Source of the DNA: Rebecca billardiae RCC1528
Taxonomy: Eukaryota; Protista; Haptophyta
NCBI GenBank assembly: GCA_965240325.2
Contig: OZ251248.1
Location: forward strand, 992,001 to 1,056,000
Direction: 5' to 3'
Length of the DNA stretch: 64,000 nucleotides
Both the position numbers and the translations under genes were made by a program. This document shows positions 59,612 through 64,000 of the stretch, piece after piece (position 1 is the first letter of the stretch; each line of letters begins with the position of its first letter). The notes below the pieces were generated by a model, which made no database searches, was not told where the DNA came from, and was given only the letters and a program-made list of their open reading frames with translations.

Positions 59612-61117
59612 ATGGCGGACCCCCCTTGGCCCGACGATGGTGGCGAGGCGCGCCCGGGGGCGCGTCGGCTGCCCGACCTGCCGCCCGAGCTGGTCTCGCG
59701 GCTGTTGCTCCACCTCCACCGCGCGCGCGACCTGGCCGCCGCCAACGCCACGGCGCGCCTCTTCCGCGGCGCGCCCGGCGAGCGCTCGCCGGTCGAGCAC
59801 GCGCTGCGTGAGCTGGCGCGCGCGCGCGGCCACGACCGCGCGCTGCCGCTGGCGCTGCCTGCGGGCGCGTGCACGTGGCGGGAGGAGCTGTTCGCGCGCG
59901 AGCGCGTGCTCGAGCTCGCGCACGCGCACTCGAGCGTCGTGGCTGCCAGCGGGCACGGCGAGGGCGCGTGCTTCAGCGCGTTTGTGGACGCGGAGGGCGG
60001 GCTGCACACGTGCGGCGAGGAGGAGGTGCGGGAGGAGGGCGGCTGGCCGACGGGCGACGTGCAGTCGCACGCGGCGACCAGCTCCGCAGGCCTGCTGCCA
60101 GTCGCAGTGCCGACGCGCGTCGCCTCGCTCTCCGCGGTGCGCGTGGTCGCGGTGGCCGCTGGCCGGGCGCACCTGCTCGCGCTGAGCGACGCCGGCGCCG
60201 TGTACGGCTGCGGCGACAACACCTGCGGCCAGCTGGGGCTGGGCGACAGGGAGGGCCGGCGTGTGCTCTCTCTCGCCGAGCCCCTGCCGCGCGAGATCGC
60301 CATATGCGTTGCCGCCGGCGGCATGCACAGCCTCGCGCTCAGCGCCGCGGGCTGCGCGTACAGCTGGGGCGACAACAGCTACGGCCAGCTCGGCCACGGC
60401 GACACGGCGGAGCGGTGGGCGCCGACGCGCATCGAGGCGCTGGACGGCGTGCGCATCGGCGGCGTGGCTGCGGGCGGTGACCACACGCTCCTGCTCTCCG
60501 CGCATGGCGCCGTCTCCTCGTGCGGTCTCGGCTTCTGGGGCCAGCTCGGCCACGGCGACACGACGCAGCGCCTCACGCCGACGCGCGTCGAGGCGCTCGC
60601 GGCCGTGCGCGCCACGCACGTGAGCGCGGGCAGTACGCACAGCCTGGTGGTGGACGCGGCGGGCGGGGTGCGCTCGTTCGGGCATGCGGGCCACGGGGGG
60701 CTGGGCTACGCGCGCCTGGCCTCGGAGACGCTGCCCGCGCGCATCGAGGCGCTGGCGGGCGTGCGCGCCGTGCGCGCGTGCGCCGGCTCCGCCAGCAGCG
60801 CGGTGCTGGGCGCGGACGGCAGCGCGCACGCGTGCGAGGACAACACGCACGGCCAGCTCGGGCTGGGGGCCGGAGGGACGGGCCACCTCGGCCCGGCACG
60901 CGTGAGCGCCCTCGCCCACGCGCGCGTGCTCGAGTGCGCGCTCTGCACCACCCACGGCCTCTTCGTGACGGCGGACGGCGCGGTGCACGCGTGCGGCCTG
61001 CGGGTGGCCGCGCTCGGCCTGGGCGTGCGCCGCAGCCCGCAGCAAGGAGCGGCGGCGCGCACGACGCTGCGCCGAGTGACGCAGCTACCGCCCGTCTCGT
61101 GCCACACGCCCCGCTGA
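59612..61117 (+). CDS. RCC1-repeat beta-propeller protein with F-box-like N-terminus, single exon
   Basis: LPDLPPELVSRLLLHL (F-box-like). Repeated VAAGxxHxLxLS..G.VY(S/G)xGDNxxGQLG(H/L)GD units. Confidence 0.88.
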   Translation: MADPPWPDDGGEARPGARRLPDLPPELVSRLLLHLHRARDLAAANATARLFRGAPGERSPVEHALRELARARGHDRALPLALPAGACTWREELFARERVLELAHAHSSVVAASGHGEGACFSAFVDAEGGLHTCGEEEVREEGGWPTGDVQSHAATSSAGLLPVAVPTRVASLSAVRVVAVAAGRAHLLALSDAGAVYGCGDNTCGQLGLGDREGRRVLSLAEPLPREIAICVAAGGMHSLALSAAGCAYSWGDNSYGQLGHGDTAERWAPTRIEALDGVRIGGVAAGGDHTLLLSAHGAVSSCGLGFWGQLGHGDTTQRLTPTRVEALAAVRATHVSAGSTHSLVVDAAGGVRSFGHAGHGGLGYARLASETLPARIEALAGVRAVRACAGSASSAVLGADGSAHACEDNTHGQLGLGAGGTGHLGPARVSALAHARVLECALCTTHGLFVTADGAVHACGLRVAALGLGVRRSPQQGAAARTTLRRVTQLPPVSCHTPR

Positions 61118-61645
61118 ATCAGCACGAGCGCGCTGTGCCACCGGTGCGCGCATGCAGCGGAGCGGCGCCTCCAGCCGGCTCGTGATGGCTGCCGTGACGA
61201 TTACTTCATCACGATGACATGCTACTGATATATATATGCGCATGCTGCGCATCGCGTCGCGTAGTCATCATGTACGTACGTGTCGCTCGCTCTGGCGGCT
61301 GGGCCTTCGGCGGCTGGGCCGCCGCCGCCCCGCTCCGAGTGACTGGCGGCGACGGAGCAGAGACAAGTATGTAGCAGCAGAGATCACTGCCGAATCACTG
61401 CGCGGCGCGCCGTCGGCCGCGAGCCATCGTCATATCGCGTCAGTACGCGCGTATACTGACGAGAGTCCGCCGCGTCCGCGGCATCACCGCGTAATGATAG
61501 ATGATGACTGCGCCCTAGCAGGCTATGATGCGCACACATTCGTCTCGATCCGCATCCGTCACTCCGTGGCCGTGCTGCTCGGTGCTGACCGCGCGCTGAT
61601 GAGCGCAGTCTGAAGTCTGAGCGCGCGCGCTGGCCCGCCGCAGCC

Positions 61646-62995
61646 TCACGCGGTGAGCAGCAGCAGCGCGCCCGCGACGAGCAGCGCGCGCCACGCGCCG
61701 CTGTGCGCGCGCGCCGCCGCGGCGCCGCGCTGCGCCGCCAGCCGCCCCTCGTAGCCGCGCGAGCCGCCGCCGTCGGCAGCGGCCGCGCCGCCCGCGCGCC
61801 ACGGCCAGCCCCACGGCGCGGCGGCGGGCGCGCAGCCGCGCGGGAGCGGGTCGGCGCGCTCGGCCGGGTGCGGCCACGGCGGCGCCGGCCCGGTGGCCTC
61901 GCCCGCCGCGCGGCTGCGGCGCCGGTGGGGCGGGGAGGGCGGCCGCGGCTCACGCGGAGCGGCGCGCGCGCTCCGGCGGGCGCGGCGCGGCGCGGCGCGG
62001 CGCGCGCCCGCCCGCACGCCTACCCTTGTGCTGGCAGGGCGGGCGGCGCGCCCACGGCTGCGCCGAGCGCGCCGAGCGCCGCGCCGAGCTGCGCCGCGCC
62101 GTACGCGCGCAGCTCGGGGTACGCCTCGCCGTGCGCCGCGACGAAGCCCGCCGCCGCCGCATGCAGATTCGCGCCGGGCGCCACGTCGAGGGTGCCGATC
62201 GGTCGGCCTGGCCGCGGCGGCGGGCGGCGGGCGGCGGGCGCGGCGCGCGCGGCGGCGTGGGCGGAGGCGTCAGAGGATGGCGCGCGGCGCGGCGAGGCGC
62301 GCGCCGACCGCGCGCGCCCGCCGCCGACCGCGCGCGCCGCGGCGCGCACCGTCCTCCGCCTCGAGCTGCAGCGAGGCGGCGCGCGGCGGCAGCGCGTCCG
62401 CGGCCGGCGGGAGCCGCAGCGTCGCGCGCAGCACGGCGGCGCGCTTGGGCGGCGCGGGCTGCGGCGGCGGCGGGTGCGGCGTGGGCGCGGCGGCGGCGCG
62501 GTCCATCTGGCGCGCGCGCTGGAGCAGGTCGCGCAGCCCGCTCACCACCGTCTCGTACGCGCCGCTCCCGGACTCCAGCCCGTGCTGCTCGCAGAAGCCG
62601 GCGGCGATTTGTTCGAGGTCGTCGCCTTCGCGCGCGCGGACGGACTCGGTGCGCGCCTCGCCGAGCTTGACGTTGAGCTGGACGAGGCTGGGGCCCGGCT
62701 GCGCGCCAGGGGGGGCGCCGTCGCCGTCGCCGTCGCTGTCCGGCGCGCTCAGCACCGCCGCGCGCCCGCCCGCCGCCGCGCTCGGCGCCGCGCCGCGCCG
62801 CGCGGCCGGCTCGAGGAATTCGAGCGCGTCGGGCTCGGCGCGCTCGAGGAGGCCGCGGACGGCGGGGGAGAGGGTGGCGAGCTCGAGCGAGCGCGTGCGC
62901 TCGGGGAGGGCGCCGAGCGCGAGCCCGAGCACCGCGAGCGCGCGCCTCGCTCGGCGCGGGGGCGAGGACGCGAGCGGCGGCCGTCTCGACGCCAT
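61646..62995 (-). CDS. Hypothetical secreted or membrane protein (about three exons)
   Basis: Signal-like RRALAVLGLALGA. Two related modules, REGDDLEQIAAGFCEQHGL and APGANLHAAAAGFVAAHG. Hydrophobic C-terminus WRALLVAGALLLLTA*. Exon structure inferred from GT..AG sites. Confidence 0.5.
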
Positions 62996-63185
62996 CGGGA
63001 GGGGCGCTCACCGGACGCCACGGCGCATCCGGACTGCTTGCTGCCTTTGGCGCCAGCGAGGGCGCGAGGCGCTGTGCACCCACCAGGCGGCAAGCAAGAT
63101 GGCGCCCCGCGCGCCGTCGTCGGCGTGAGCGGTGCGCCTGTGTGTTGCGTGCGCCGAGGGCGTCGGCGGCGGCGGCGTCGGCGCG

Positions 63186-63280
63186 ATGCGGCTTGGCTCG
63201 GGCTTCGTGCTCGGGCTGGGCGCCGGCCTGCTCACCGCGCTGCTCGTCCTCCTCTCCCTCGCCTCGCGCCTCGGCGGCGG

Positions 63281-63313
<33 letters not shown>

Positions 63314-64000
63314 CGGCGGCGGCGGCTCGCTGCTGGGCGCGCGGCTGCTCGCGAGCCGCGCGGCGGGCGGCGGGCTCGGCGAGATGAGCCGGGCGGCGTC
63401 CGAACCGCTGTGCATGAGCGCGCAGGGGCTGCGCGTCGTCGAGCCCGTCTGCGCGGGCTGCCCGCCGCGCGGGCTCGGCGGCGTGCTCAGCGCGGCGCAC
63501 TGCTGCGCGCTCTGCGCCGCGCGGCCCGGCTGCACGAGCTGGTCGTGGCTCGGCGCGCAGCAGGCGTGCACGCTGCACGGCGGCGCGCTGCGCGCGCCGC
63601 CGCAGTTCGAGCTGCTCACCGACGCCAAGGCCGCGCTGCGCGAGGACGCGTACGCCGGCGTGCGGCCTGCTGAGATCCCGCCCGGCGCCGCGCCCGCCGC
63701 GGCGCGGTGCGAGGCGGAGTACGAGCCGCGCGCGTGCCTGCCCGGCAGCTGGGGCGGCGAGGAGGCGGGGTTTGGCGGGTGCGAGCGCGTGCCCGGGCTC
63801 TGCGCCGACCTCGCGCCCATGTTCCGCGCGTGCACGTGGTGGAGCGCCGGGCGGCTCGTGCTGCGGCCGGCGGGCGGCGGCGGCGGCGGCGGCGGCGGCG
63901 CCGAGCCGCGCGGCCCGCCGCCCGCGGCGTGCGCGTACGCGGCGGGCGAGGTGGCGCGGCCGTGCGGCGCGTACTGCTGCTCGCCCACCGGGCTGCTCGG
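63186..64000 (+). CDS. Type II membrane or secreted protein with PAN/apple-like Cys module, truncated by window end
   Basis: MRLGSGFVLGLGAGLLTALLVLLSLAS anchor. SAAHCCALCAARPGCTSWSWLGAQQACTL is a PAN-type pattern. Open to the end of the window. Confidence 0.6.

Overview
Very GC-rich eukaryotic nuclear DNA with spliceosomal GT..AG introns that are themselves GC- or (GT)n-rich. The style resembles a haptophyte such as a Pavlovales alga, but that is inference and the organism was not identified. 1-18 kb is a transposon-rich block holding two intronless transcription-factor genes (a non-TALE homeobox and a GARP/SHAQKY MYB). 18-64 kb is gene-dense and mostly arranged as tight head-to-head pairs: QSOX/Rab11, NOT4, Sec24/TAF2-like, GT14 xylosyltransferase-like/GPCR-PIPK, SPIRAL2-like/hypothetical, F-box-RCC1, and a hypothetical membrane protein/PAN-domain protein. 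Three things stand out. (i) A 1937-bp non-autonomous element with TG..CA ends, a 13-bp asymmetric inverted repeat and a 3'-terminal hairpin has inserted, inverted, into a copy of itself at an A^T site with no target duplication. A second, unrelated repeat family shares this 3'-end architecture, which suggests an atypical rolling-circle (Helitron2/Replitron-like) transposon group. (ii) Two CAAGG..CCTTG elements with 7-bp TSDs (P/Galileo-like), one with 403-bp foldback arms. (iii) A GPCR-PIP kinase fusion gene whose first intron carries 12 tandem copies of the exon end plus splice donor. No autonomous transposase, rRNA, tRNA or CRISPR array was recognised.
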